Source of the DNA: a virus
Taxonomy: Duplodnaviria > Caudoviricetes
Strand: one strand, 5' to 3'
Length of the DNA stretch: 37,818 bases
Virus record (IMG/VR): IMGVR_UViG_3300034416_000014
Coordinates: 1-37,818 of that record
Position numbers and translations under genes: made by a program. Shown piece after piece: positions 7,652 through 16,905 of this stretch. Under the pieces are notes generated by a model. It saw only the letters and a list, made by a program, of their open reading frames with translations, did not search any database and was not told where the DNA came from. Every line of letters begins with the position of its first letter. Position 1 is the stretch's first letter.

Positions 7652-8161
7652 ATGCGGGAAAATTGGGCTGACGTTGTAGGCTACGAGGGTCTTTACCTCG
7701 TGAGCGACCAGGGAAGGGTCTATAGCAAGATCAAGAACCGCATAAGAAAACAATGCCTCAATAAAGCCAACGGATACATGATGCTTTTCCTTGTCGACCT
7801 AAAGGGCGGGAAAAAGTGCGTCTATGTCCATCGGCTTGTCGCTATGGCATTCATTAAGCGCGAGCCCGGTAAAGACATCGTGAACCATAAAGACGAGAAC
7901 AAAACGAACAACTGCGCCAACAACATCGAATGGTGCACGAAGCACTACAACAATACCTACAACGGAAAAATTGAAGTCTGCGAAAAGCCAGTCCTCCAAT
8001 TATCCCGCGACGGAAAGCTGATCAAAAAGTGGAAGTCGGCCCGCGAGGCCGCAAGGAGTCTGCGCCTGGAATATAAAAACATCTCGGCGTGTTGCTATGG
8101 AAAACGAAATGTATGTGGCGAATTCGTATGGAAATTCGCAAAGAAAGAGGAGGTAGCCTAA
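7652..8161 (+). CDS. NUMOD4-HNH-NUMOD1 homing endonuclease
   Basis: ENWADVVGYEGLYLVSDQGRV (NUMOD4), VHRLVAMAF..VNHKDENKTNN..NIEWCT (HNH), KPVLQL..WKSAREAAR..ISACC (NUMOD1); RBS AGGAG; lower GC. Confidence 0.9.
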   Translation: MRENWADVVGYEGLYLVSDQGRVYSKIKNRIRKQCLNKANGYMMLFLVDLKGGKKCVYVHRLVAMAFIKREPGKDIVNHKDENKTNNCANNIEWCTKHYNNTYNGKIEVCEKPVLQLSRDGKLIKKWKSAREAARSLRLEYKNISACCYGKRNVCGEFVWKFAKKEEVA

Positions 8162-8874
8162 TGGGCGTCGGAGTAATGATTCTCGGAAATTCCGGAACAG
8201 GGAAAAGCGCATCAATGCGCCACCTCGATCCGGGAACCTATGGCCTCATCAATGTGGCCAGCAAGCCGTTACCGTTTAAGACGGATAAGAGGTCGCTCAA
8301 CACGGACGACTACGGAAAGATCATCGAAACGCTGAAAAAAGCGTCTTCAGACATCATCGTGGTCGATGATGCTCAATTCCTTATGGCGAACGAGTTCATG
8401 CGGCGCGCCAAGGAAACCGGATACCAGAAGTTCACGGACATCGGCCTGTCCTTCTGGAACCTCGTCCGCGAAGTGTCCGCGCTCCCGGCACAGAAGGTAG
8501 TCTACTTCCTCGGCCACACCGAGGTCGACGCCAACGGCTTCACGAAGTTCAAAACCATTGGAAAGATGCTCGACGAGAAAATCACCGTCGAAGGGATGTT
8601 CACCATCGTCCTGCGTACCTTTGTCCAGGATGAAAAATACTACTTCTCCACGATGAACGACGGCACCGACACGGTGAAATCGCCTATCGGAATGTTCACC
8701 GACCGCTACATCGAGAACGACCTCGCGGCCGTCGACGTCGCGATCCGCAACTATTACGGATTCCCGGCGCCGTTCAACGCCGGTGCCCAGGCCCCGGCCG
8801 CCGCGAAGCCCGACGCCGCTGCTCCGGCCGCCCAGGCCGCCCCCAGGAGGGAACATGCGAAATCTCTTGTTTGA
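8161..8874 (+). CDS. Sak4-like (AAA_24) recombination ATPase
   Basis: Walker A GNSGTGKS, Walker B IVVDD, KTIGKMLDEKI, TVKSPIGMF. Confidence 0.85.
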   Translation: MGVGVMILGNSGTGKSASMRHLDPGTYGLINVASKPLPFKTDKRSLNTDDYGKIIETLKKASSDIIVVDDAQFLMANEFMRRAKETGYQKFTDIGLSFWNLVREVSALPAQKVVYFLGHTEVDANGFTKFKTIGKMLDEKITVEGMFTIVLRTFVQDEKYYFSTMNDGTDTVKSPIGMFTDRYIENDLAAVDVAIRNYYGFPAPFNAGAQAPAAAKPDAAAPAAQAAPRREHAKSLV

Positions 8875-10312
8875 CAATGATAAGCAGGAATACACCGTCG
8901 ACGGGTGTGCGGTACCGCGCGTCACGGAGATTGTGGCGGCAGTTACCGGCAAGGATATGTCGAAGATCCCGGCGGCCAACCTCAAGGCCGCCCGCGAGCG
9001 TGGCGAGGCCATCCACAAGGACGTGGAGTCGGGCGAGTTCGCCACCCTTGAGGGCCAGTGGATCAAGACACAGATGCTCGGCGCGGTAGCGCACGAGGAT
9101 CACGGCGCCGCGGCGGTGAACGGCCTGCTGTTCGCCGGAACGGTGGATATGGTCTACCTGGACGGCTCCGGCATCGACGACATCAAGACTCAGGCCGAGC
9201 GCGACATCCTAAGTTGGACGATCCAGCTCAACCTCTATCGCCCCATCATGAGGCAGCGGGGCGACTGCCAAAACCTCCGCGTCCTCCATACCCCGAAATC
9301 GGGCAACTACCACGTCGTGCAGATCCAGACGCTTTCACCGGAAAAGGTTAACGAGATAATCGACGCTTACAACGAGGGCCGCGTCCTCGACGACGGATTC
9401 CTTTCGACCGTAGAGAAGCCCGAGGCAGAGAGCTTAGAACTGGTGGTATCGAAGTACACCGTCGGCGAGCTGACGACCAACGCGAAGGCGATATTGGAGA
9501 CCGTCCGGCGCAACCTGACCATGTACAAGGCCGAGAACTACAGCGAGGCGAACATCGCCGACGCGAAGCGCGACAAGGCGGAGCTCAACGCCGCCACGAA
9601 GAAGCTGAACGACAAGAGAATCGAGATCGAGCGCGACTGGATGAAGCCCCTGAACGAGTTCAAGGACACCATCGCCGCCGCCTGCCAGGAAATCAAGACC
9701 GCGTCGGTCCAGATCGATGCCGTGGTCAAGGAAGTGGAGAGCCGGGAGAAGAACGAGAAGCGCCAGCTGATCGAGAAGTTCTTCTCCGAGAAGGGCTGCC
9801 AGTACTTCGACCTCGGGAAAATCTGGAACGAGTCCTGGCTGAATAAGGGCGCTAAGATGAAGGACATCCAGGCGGAGATCGCCGCCAGAATTCAGCAGAC
9901 CGAAGACGACCTCGCTGTCCTGGACCGCATCAACGAGCCCGAGGCGAAGAACTTCTACCTGGACACCCTGAGCCTGGACGCTGCGCTCAAGCGCGCGGAC
10001 GAGATCAAGGCGAACCGCGAGCGGCTGGCCGCGATCGAAAAGGCCAGGAAGGAACGCGAGGAAGCCGCCAGGGCTACGCCGCCCGCCCCGGAGGTATCGG
10101 CGCCCGCTTTCACGGCCCCGGCCGCGCCTGTGGCCCAGGAGCCCGCCGCCCCGGCCGAATCCGAGCCCGAAGCGGAAACGCCTTTCGAGCAGGAACCGAC
10201 CACCGAGCCGGAAATGCTCGAGCGGACTATGTGGGTGCGCGGCACCTACGAGCAGATCGTCGCCCTTGGCGACTTCATGAACGACCACGGAATCGAATTC
10301 CTCAAATTGTAA
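8855..10312 (+). CDS. Fusion of a PD-(D/E)XK exonuclease domain and a DUF1351-like coiled-coil domain
   Basis: VPRVTEIV..RGEAIH..FAGTVD..DIKT..QLNLY, then AKRDKAELN..KRIEIERDWMKPLNEF..WLNK. Confidence 0.7.
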   Translation: MRNLLFDNDKQEYTVDGCAVPRVTEIVAAVTGKDMSKIPAANLKAARERGEAIHKDVESGEFATLEGQWIKTQMLGAVAHEDHGAAAVNGLLFAGTVDMVYLDGSGIDDIKTQAERDILSWTIQLNLYRPIMRQRGDCQNLRVLHTPKSGNYHVVQIQTLSPEKVNEIIDAYNEGRVLDDGFLSTVEKPEAESLELVVSKYTVGELTTNAKAILETVRRNLTMYKAENYSEANIADAKRDKAELNAATKKLNDKRIEIERDWMKPLNEFKDTIAAACQEIKTASVQIDAVVKEVESREKNEKRQLIEKFFSEKGCQYFDLGKIWNESWLNKGAKMKDIQAEIAARIQQTEDDLAVLDRINEPEAKNFYLDTLSLDAALKRADEIKANRERLAAIEKARKEREEAARATPPAPEVSAPAFTAPAAPVAQEPAAPAESEPEAETPFEQEPTTEPEMLERTMWVRGTYEQIVALGDFMNDHGIEFLKL

Positions 10313-10323
10313 AGGAGATACAG

Positions 10324-10830
10324 ATGGACGAATTTCAGGACGGATATCAGGCTGACGACAACTACGGTGTCAAGGCAATCGAAGAAGGCGATTATGCCTT
10401 AAAGATCCAGAATATCACCTTCGAGCCGAGCCAGGCGGGGAATCCCATGATCACCGCCCACTTGATAACGAGGGAATCCCCGATCGTTTTCAAGCACTAC
10501 ATCGTGAAGAACGACTACTTCAACGCGAACATGACCAAGTTCTTCGACTGCTTCAAAATTCCCCGAGGGAACTTCGAATATCAGCGCTGGCTTGGCAGGG
10601 TCGGCAAGGGACACATCGCAAAGGGAGACATCAAGAGCAACGGAAAGGCGTATATGGAAATCAAGTACCTTATCGTGGACGCCCCCGCTGCGAAGCCGGG
10701 CCCCCAGCAGGCCACACAGCCCGCCGCGCAGCCGGCTCCGGCCCCCACCACGAGGCAGCAGTACCAGGCCCCAGCCCGCGAGCCCGAACCCGTCGGAGCC
10801 ATGCCCTTCACCGACGACATCCCCTTCTGA
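10324..10830 (+). CDS. DUF669-type single-stranded DNA-binding protein
   Basis: EEGDYALKI..SQAGNPMI; Pro/Gln/Ala linker; acidic DDIPF tail; RBS AAGGAG. Confidence 0.8.
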   Translation: MDEFQDGYQADDNYGVKAIEEGDYALKIQNITFEPSQAGNPMITAHLITRESPIVFKHYIVKNDYFNANMTKFFDCFKIPRGNFEYQRWLGRVGKGHIAKGDIKSNGKAYMEIKYLIVDAPAAKPGPQQATQPAAQPAPAPTTRQQYQAPAREPEPVGAMPFTDDIPF

Positions 10831-10838
10831 GGTAAACT

Positions 10839-11306
10839 ATGACAAAGCTCAAGCTCCCGAACGCGAAGCGAATACAGACCGGAACGCTCGAAATCACCTC
10901 GTTCTACATCCCGAGGATCTATCAGGCCGAGTATCGGGAGCTTGTGCTTAAAAGCCCTGAACACCTCGATCTCGAAATGGCAACGCCATCGAAGCCGAGG
11001 TCGACGGGGCGCTATAGCCAATGCAACCACTTCAACGGCCACGTCCGGCAGATATGTGCCGCGACCTATAACGAGTTCGACGACGTGAAATTGTACATCA
11101 AGCGGGCGGCTTTCAAGCGCGGCCTACGGTTCACAACGAAGCCGAACGGCGATACCGTCTATTCCCTTGTCGACCTGGAACCAATGCCGATTTCCGAGCG
11201 GGATATGACGAGCGAGGAGGCGGCATGGTGCATCGACGAGGCGCACATATTGGCTATGGAAATGGGAATCGTCTTACGTGAAGACCCGGAGGGCATCAAT
11301 GGCTAG
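10839..11306 (+). CDS. NinB/Orf-like recombination protein
   Basis: PRST..SQ.NHFNGHVRQI..VK..SERDMTSEEAAWCID..AMEMGIVL pattern. Confidence 0.55.
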   Translation: MTKLKLPNAKRIQTGTLEITSFYIPRIYQAEYRELVLKSPEHLDLEMATPSKPRSTGRYSQCNHFNGHVRQICAATYNEFDDVKLYIKRAAFKRGLRFTTKPNGDTVYSLVDLEPMPISERDMTSEEAAWCIDEAHILAMEMGIVLREDPEGING

Positions 11307-12180
11307 ACCGTTAAAAATAGGGCTGGACTATTTCCCCCTCGATACCGGGCTCGATGAAAAGTTCGAGCTGCTTGAAGCGAAGCACGGGGTTGAAGGATTC
11401 GGAATAGTCATAAAGCTCTTTCAGAAAGTGTACCGCGAGCACGGCTATTTTTACCCCTGGGGAGAGAGCGAACAACTGCTTTTCTGTAAGTGGGTTAATG
11501 TAGACATAAACAAGGTTAATGCGATCATTAACGATTCAATCAAGTACGGCATTTTCAACGATAAAATGGCCGATAAAGGGCTGCTCACGTCGACCGGCAT
11601 ACAAAAGCGGTTTATCGAAGCATCGAAAAGGCGTATGCAGTTATCTCTATACAAGGACATTTTGCTAGTTAATGTGAACATTATCCCGGTTAATGTAGGC
11701 AAAAATACACGTACAGTGGAGTATTTGCAGTATTTTGTTCGCAATAATCCCCAAAGTAAAGTAAATAAAATAAAAATAAATAAAAGTAAAATAGATATTA
11801 GTAAAAACGAGGGAGAGGAAACGCCTCCGGCGGAACCTTCGGTTCCAGCGAAAGTAGACCCTCTCTATGCCAAGATCAAGACCGCCTTCGAGACCGTCTT
11901 CGGAAAGTTCCCTGATTATGCCCGGGAGGGCTCCGCGATCAAGCGGATCATAAAGTTCACCGAAGGCGACGAAGCGATGACGGGGCGAATCATCACGACC
12001 TTCTACAACCTGACCAAATCCCAAGACCAATACTGGTCGAAGATGCCATTTCTGCCTTCTTTCCTTTCCTCGGGCGGGATCTGGCCCCAGGTGCTCGTTG
12101 CATCTCAAAAGACCGAAGCGACTCAAAACGCCGACTGGTACGACCAGTACGTACCGGCGGCGAAGGATGGTGCTTTATGA
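11299..12180 (+). CDS. Replication initiator, DUF4373 (Lin1244/Lin1753-like) N-terminus
   Basis: MARPLKIGLDYFPLD..GVEGFGIVIKL..LTSTGIQKRF; Lys/Asn-rich linker QSKVNKIK. Confidence 0.85.
   Translation: MARPLKIGLDYFPLDTGLDEKFELLEAKHGVEGFGIVIKLFQKVYREHGYFYPWGESEQLLFCKWVNVDINKVNAIINDSIKYGIFNDKMADKGLLTSTGIQKRFIEASKRRMQLSLYKDILLVNVNIIPVNVGKNTRTVEYLQYFVRNNPQSKVNKIKINKSKIDISKNEGEETPPAEPSVPAKVDPLYAKIKTAFETVFGKFPDYAREGSAIKRIIKFTEGDEAMTGRIITTFYNLTKSQDQYWSKMPFLPSFLSSGGIWPQVLVASQKTEATQNADWYDQYVPAAKDGAL
11493..11800 (+). promoter_or_regulatory. Putative replication origin: iterons plus AT-rich tract inside the initiator gene
   Basis: GTTAATG core x4 (GGTTAATGTAG 11493 and 11688; GGTTAATGCG 11514; GTTAATGTG 11668) followed by an A-rich tract at about 11752-11800. 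Confidence 0.55.
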
Positions 12181-12566
12181 CAGGTAAAGAGTTCATTGTG
12201 TGGGTTGAAGGGTACTACGGACCTTACCCTGAGGGGCAGAAACGAGACATCGCCGAGTACATCGGCAGGCTTTGCCCGGCTTACCTTGATTCGCTGCGCC
12301 TGGCGCTCATGCACGGTTTCACTTCGCAGTATAAGAAGGCGCCCGACATCGCGATTTTCGAGAAGTACTTCGCGGACGCTATTGCTTACATGCCCGAGCG
12401 GCCGGCGCTCGAAGCCCCAGTGGACATTAAAGAATACCGTAATCTGGTCGACCTCTCTGACGAGGCCCGCCGGCGCGGGATTGATCCAACAGTCGAAGGA
12501 TGGATGGCGCGGCTCCTGTTCGCCAGGATCAGCGAAGCGAAGGTGAAAAAGGCGGTTCCGGTATGA
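12177..12566 (+). CDS. Hypothetical protein in helicase-loader position
   Basis: ATGA-coupled directly after the initiator. Confidence 0.6.
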   Translation: MTGKEFIVWVEGYYGPYPEGQKRDIAEYIGRLCPAYLDSLRLALMHGFTSQYKKAPDIAIFEKYFADAIAYMPERPALEAPVDIKEYRNLVDLSDEARRRGIDPTVEGWMARLLFARISEAKVKKAVPV

Positions 12567-12850
12567 AAAAGGACTTTATAATCGCGGCCCTCGCTTTCGC
12601 TGTCCTCTTCGCTCTGCTCTTCAAGCCCGCCCCGGCCCCCTCCATGCGCATGGGTCAGCCGATGTATGACAAGGCGAGCGGGCGATATATATGCGAACTG
12701 ACATTCGGTAGCGACGGATACGCTAGCATCGAGTTTCGCTCGACCGATGCGGCGATAGCATTCTCCCGGCTCTCAGGTGTCGAAGTCGTCATGCGGGCCG
12801 CGCCCATTCGCACGGCGCGCAGCGAGGTAGTCGTGGAGGCGTCGAAGTGA
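12563..12850 (+). CDS. Hypothetical protein with N-terminal hydrophobic helix
   Basis: MKKDFIIAALAFAVLFALLFKP; ATGA-coupled. Confidence 0.6.
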   Translation: MKKDFIIAALAFAVLFALLFKPAPAPSMRMGQPMYDKASGRYICELTFGSDGYASIEFRSTDAAIAFSRLSGVEVVMRAAPIRTARSEVVVEASK

Positions 12851-13035
12851 AGCGCCGAGACATCGCCTTCATGCTGGCGGCCCTGAATATCGTTGCGGCG
12901 ACCATTCTTGAGGTGTGCGCTATCAACCCGCGCGACCAAGTATTGCTCGGGATGATATTCGGAATTGCCGCCGTTTCAACCAACAACGAAGCGGATCTAT
13001 TCGTCGTCCTGAAAGACGAAAGGAGTGAAAACTAA
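12847..13035 (+). CDS. Small hydrophobic hypothetical protein
   Basis: GTGA-coupled start; two hydrophobic segments. Confidence 0.5.
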   Translation: MKRRDIAFMLAALNIVAATILEVCAINPRDQVLLGMIFGIAAVSTNNEADLFVVLKDERSEN

Positions 13036-13412
13036 TGCAAATAATCATCATCGATAGCGCGGAAGCGCTGGCAGACGAAATGATTGACGAAATGATGCGC
13101 GATGGCGTCTCGTATAAGCGGGCCATCCTCTCCTGCCTGCACCCCATCGAGGTGCCGAGCGATGCGGGGGAGCTGGTCGAGAAGGTGCGTGATCAGCACG
13201 CACAAGTAGACGATCAAGTTTGTGGCGAGGTTTTCAACTTGTCACGAGACGAAGCCGCCGCGCTGATCACCGCCCACTCGCGGACGGTGCCGAGGGAGAT
13301 GCTCCAAGAGATTTTCGAGCAGTACCCGTGCTACATACCAGGGAAAGAGCCGAACGCGGTGAAAATCTGCATTGATGCCATTGCGGCCAAGTACGGCTAC
13401 CACGCTGAGTAA
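13035..13412 (+). CDS. Hypothetical protein
   Basis: RBS AAGGAG; TAATG overlap. Confidence 0.65.
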   Translation: MQIIIIDSAEALADEMIDEMMRDGVSYKRAILSCLHPIEVPSDAGELVEKVRDQHAQVDDQVCGEVFNLSRDEAAALITAHSRTVPREMLQEIFEQYPCYIPGKEPNAVKICIDAIAAKYGYHAE

Positions 13413-13421
13413 GGGGGAGAT

Positions 13422-13688
13422 ATGGCAAAGTGCAATTGTTTATCTGATGTGAACGCGAAGATTCAAGAAGCTTATGGAGACGGGAAGGCGAGCGTTTCTG
13501 AAATGCTTTGCATTATAGACAACACCCTCGACGCATTTCCCGCGCTCACCGCAAAGTACCGCCCCAAGAAAAAGGACGGGTCATTCGGCAAAGAAAAGAC
13601 GGTTTCAATTCGGCCTGCGTATTGCCCCTTCTGCGGCCAGAAATACTTCCCCGAACCCACCCAAGGAGACCACGATGGAAAGGATTGA
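13422..13688 (+). CDS. Zinc-binding hypothetical protein
   Basis: N-terminal CNC and C-terminal YCPFCG; RBS GGGGAG. Confidence 0.7.
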   Translation: MAKCNCLSDVNAKIQEAYGDGKASVSEMLCIIDNTLDAFPALTAKYRPKKKDGSFGKEKTVSIRPAYCPFCGQKYFPEPTQGDHDGKD

Positions 13689-14040
13689 GACGCCGAGGGA
13701 ATTTGGAAGATCGCTTGAGGGTGTCATGGCCGACAACTGGCCCGGTGAATACCCACAATGGGCCAAGATACACGCGAAGTGGGAAGAAATGCTCACCGCC
13801 CGCGATGCGGCCATTCGCGCTGAGGGGTGGATCAGCGTCGAAAAGCAACCACCTAAAGACGACGAATTTGTCCTGCTCTATAACGGATTTTGGCGTGGGG
13901 TTGGCAAGAAAACCACACCTTGTGATGATAGCGATTTCGAGTGGGAAGATGAGACAGGGGAGTACATAAATCCCTATCCGACCCACTGGATGCCGCTCCC
14001 ACCGCCGCCCGCGATCTGCCGCAAGGAGGTGGTGGGATGA
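13675..14040 (+). CDS. DUF551-domain phage protein
   Basis: WISVEKQPP...PTHWMPLPPPP. Confidence 0.8.
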   Translation: MERIETPREFGRSLEGVMADNWPGEYPQWAKIHAKWEEMLTARDAAIRAEGWISVEKQPPKDDEFVLLYNGFWRGVGKKTTPCDDSDFEWEDETGEYINPYPTHWMPLPPPPAICRKEVVG

Positions 14041-14240
14041 AGGTGGGCGACAAGATAAAAGACAATGATCCGAGAATACCTTACGCTCGGGTGCTTACTG
14101 TGATCGAAGTTGGAGAGACGCACGTTATGGCGGTTCACGGCAATTTTCGGCCCGTCCGCATTAGAATAGACCGTGTTTTTCCTTTCCTTGCCGGGCGGAA
14201 AATTGGCTTTACCTTGATCGACAGCGAGGATGAAAGATGA
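14037..14240 (+). CDS. Small beta-rich hypothetical protein
   Basis: MKVGDKIKDNDPR; RBS AAGGAGGT; ATGA-coupled. Confidence 0.65.
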   Translation: MKVGDKIKDNDPRIPYARVLTVIEVGETHVMAVHGNFRPVRIRIDRVFPFLAGRKIGFTLIDSEDER

Positions 14241-14410
14241 AAACAACCATCGAAATAGTGGGATTCGACAACGGCGAAGTCGTGGAAGAAATCGACGTGT
14301 CCGGGCGAAATGAAAACTACGTCGATAGGTGCGAGGCTGGAATGAACATAAACCTGAACCACGAAGAATACTTCACGCGCCGAACCACTAAGGAGCGCTC
14401 CAATGCCTAA
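14237..14410 (+). CDS. 57-aa hypothetical protein (absent from ORF track)
   Basis: ATGA-coupled; MKTTIEIVGFDNGEVVEEIDVSGRNENYVDRCEAGMNINLNHEEYFTRRTTKERSNA fills the gap between neighbours. Confidence 0.65.
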   Translation: MKTTIEIVGFDNGEVVEEIDVSGRNENYVDRCEAGMNINLNHEEYFTRRTTKERSNA

Positions 14411-14756
14411 CCCGACGAAAGAGCAGATTGACGAGGCTATCGCGGCATTGCCGAAAGCTACGCCGGGGACGTGGAAGTATGACGAGGAAGATGGTCGAAT
14501 ATATGCAGATGGAGCATGGGTCGGTGATGTAGACCAAATAGGGCCAAGAACCGAACAGGAAGTTGACGCGAACGGCATCATTCAAGCCGCCGCCCCTGCT
14601 CTAGCCCGCCGCGTCGTTGAACTTGACTCCGACCTCACCGCCCTGCGCTCGCTTGTGCGGAGGATGCGCGAGGCGTTGACAGGGAACAGCCTATGGCCAG
14701 CGGAGGTAGATGCCCTCTGCGACGAGGCTGACAAGGCGATAGGTGGCGCGCCGTGA
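14403..14756 (+). CDS. Hypothetical protein, Ead/Ea22-like N-terminus
   Basis: KATPGTW...ANGIIQAAAP...LARRVVEL; RBS AAGGAG. Confidence 0.55.
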   Translation: MPNPTKEQIDEAIAALPKATPGTWKYDEEDGRIYADGAWVGDVDQIGPRTEQEVDANGIIQAAAPALARRVVELDSDLTALRSLVRRMREALTGNSLWPAEVDALCDEADKAIGGAP

Positions 14757-14929
14757 CCCGCCAGCACTACTTCACCAGCGTCCTGGGTTGGCGCCGGCGC
14801 GAGGTTCGCAAGCTGTTGCGCCAGGCTGACAGGGAGCGCGGCGACAAGACCGTAGCGAAGATCCAGCGGGCCGAGCGCGTGCGGCATTGCAGGTTCACGA
14901 TTCCGGTCTGCGAGACGGACCCGTTCTAG
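14753..14929 (+). CDS. 58-aa basic hypothetical protein (absent from ORF track)
   Basis: GTGA-coupled; open to TAG at 14929, just before the terminator. Confidence 0.45.
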   Translation: MTRQHYFTSVLGWRRREVRKLLRQADRERGDKTVAKIQRAERVRHCRFTIPVCETDPF

Positions 14930-14952
14930 CCTTTCTCGACCGTTCAAACCAG

Positions 14953-14980
14953 GCCCCGCCCGAGCGCGGGGCTTTTTCTT
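14953..14980 (+). terminator. Rho-independent terminator ending the early/middle region
   Basis: GCCCCGC-ccgagc-GCGGGGC-TTTTTCTT. Confidence 0.85.
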
Positions 14981-15002
14981 GCCCGTTTCAAATGCGAATA
15001 GG

Positions 15003-15045
15003 CCACAATTGTGGTCTTTACAGAGCGCTTAATATATGCAATTCT
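15003..15045 (+). promoter_or_regulatory. Late promoter 1 with CCACAATTGTGG box
   Basis: Palindrome 15003-14, TTTACA 15017-22, TG-c-AATTCT 15037-45; shares 16 nt with 20795-20810. Confidence 0.65.
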
Positions 15046-15052
15046 TTAGGCA

Positions 15053-15595
15053 ATGGGAATTTCTGATGCCAACTCTGCCGCGCCGACAGCGAAAAAGAAG
15101 CGCGGGCGCAAGTCGTCGTACAGTCCAAAGTATGACGAGTTGGCTCATAATTTCTGTCTATTAGGTGCTACTGACGAGCAATTAGCGGAAAACTTTGGCG
15201 TTACTAGGAAAACGTTGCAGTCGTGGAAACGAAAGCACCCGAAATTTCTATCCGCCATTAAATCCGGGAAAAATCTGGCTGACGCAGAAATAGCCCGCTC
15301 GCTCTTTGACCGCGCGAAAGGCGCGACCTGGAAGGAGCAGCAGGCTTTCAAATGCAAGGATGTCACCTGGGAAGGCAACCACCGCGTCGAGAGCGAACAC
15401 ATCGAGGTCGTGTGGGTTGAGCGGGCTGCGCCGCCTGACACTGAAGCCTGCAAGGTGTGGTTGATGAACCGGGCGAAGGAATATTGGCGTCAGAAGCAAG
15501 ATGGAATCGCCGACGCCGACCTTGCCGCAGTGGCCCAGGCGATGCGCGACCAGTACAACATGCTTATGGGTCAGTATGGCGGAGGCGCGAAATGA
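15053..15595 (+). CDS. terS: Terminase small subunit
   Basis: GRKSSY..CLLGATDEQLAENFGV..W...HPKF..IKSGK..ADAEIARSLFDRAKG..PPDTEACKVWLMNR. Confidence 0.85.
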   Translation: MGISDANSAAPTAKKKRGRKSSYSPKYDELAHNFCLLGATDEQLAENFGVTRKTLQSWKRKHPKFLSAIKSGKNLADAEIARSLFDRAKGATWKEQQAFKCKDVTWEGNHRVESEHIEVVWVERAAPPDTEACKVWLMNRAKEYWRQKQDGIADADLAAVAQAMRDQYNMLMGQYGGGAK

Positions 15596-16905
15596 TGCTT
15601 CCTATGCGTGAAAAGTCAATCGAGGCCCTGCGCCTCGGGCATCGGGACCCAGTCGAAATGACGGTCTACGAAGGCTCGGTGCGCTCGGCTAAGACTTTCG
15701 CTTCCCTGCACGACTGGAACGACTACATTCTCCATTGCCCGCCCGGGAACCTGCTCATGTCGGGGAACACGCTCGGAAGCCTCTCCCGCAACTGCCTGGA
15801 CGATCCAGAATACGGATTCATCGCCATTACGGGCGGGGCGGCGCGGCAGGAGACCGACCGGGACGGCTCGCATTACCTCAACTACGACCGGAAGAAAATC
15901 TACCTCATGGGCGGGAACGACGCCGCAAGTTTCAAGAAGGCCCAAGGATTGACCATTCTCGGATGGTACGGCGACGAGGCCCCGCTGCAGCACATCGATT
16001 TCATCAAGACGGCGCTCGGGCGCTCGATCGCTTCCCCTCTGATTCGAAACATCGTAACCCTCAACCCGGAAGCGCCGACGCACTGGTTCTATAAGGACCC
16101 CGGAATCGGCATCGACCGATGGGGCGCGGACTACGTGCCCGGCCTGTATCGGCGTTTCCACTTCACCCTGGACGACAACCCCGCGATCAGCGAGGAGCGA
16201 AAGCAGAAACTCGCCGCATCGTATACCGGAGTCTTTTATAAGCGCTATATCCTCGGCCTCCGGGTCCGCGCCGAGGGCGGAATCTATACGAGCTTCGTCA
16301 ACAATAAGCCCGGAGAGCCAGGGAACGTTCTCGACGAGCTGCCGGGCCTGCAGCGTGGGCATGAGCGCGAGCGGATTTTCAAGCTCACCCTCGGGGCGGA
16401 CTTCGGCGGGTCCAAGAGCGCAACGACCTTCAACGCGACGGGCTGGTTCATTAACTCAAAGGGGCAACTGTCCATCGCCACGGTGTTGGAACACTACGAC
16501 CCGGTCAACAAGTCCGTCGAATCGATCCTCGCGGCCTGGAAAACCTTCGTCCTCAAGGCGCGGGAAATCGCCCCGATAGAGCGGGCGTTCGGCGACTCCG
16601 CGGAACAGCTCATCCTCAAGTCGATGAACTCGTGCGGGGCGAATATTTACGTCGAGAACGCCTGGAAGCGCCCGATCATCGACCGGATCAGGCTCTATGA
16701 CGTCCTGTACAGCCAGGGGCGGGCGTTCGTCCTGCGATCCTGCCCGAAGACCATTGAAGCCTTCGAAAACGCGGTGTGGAATCCGAAAGCGAATGACGAA
16801 CGCCTGGACGATTTTACAACTAATATCGATTCCCTCGACGCGGCCGAGTACGCCGTCGAGCGGGACGCCAGCCAATTACTCGAATCCATGAGGAGCGTAG
16901 CATGA
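15592..16905 (+). CDS. terL: Terminase large subunit (PBSX-like)
   Basis: EGSVRSAKT Walker A, WYGDEA Walker B, TLNP..HW, FTLDDNP, GADFG, DSLDAAEY. Confidence 0.9.
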   Translation: MMLPMREKSIEALRLGHRDPVEMTVYEGSVRSAKTFASLHDWNDYILHCPPGNLLMSGNTLGSLSRNCLDDPEYGFIAITGGAARQETDRDGSHYLNYDRKKIYLMGGNDAASFKKAQGLTILGWYGDEAPLQHIDFIKTALGRSIASPLIRNIVTLNPEAPTHWFYKDPGIGIDRWGADYVPGLYRRFHFTLDDNPAISEERKQKLAASYTGVFYKRYILGLRVRAEGGIYTSFVNNKPGEPGNVLDELPGLQRGHERERIFKLTLGADFGGSKSATTFNATGWFINSKGQLSIATVLEHYDPVNKSVESILAAWKTFVLKAREIAPIERAFGDSAEQLILKSMNSCGANIYVENAWKRPIIDRIRLYDVLYSQGRAFVLRSCPKTIEAFENAVWNPKANDERLDDFTTNIDSLDAAEYAVERDASQLLESMRSVA

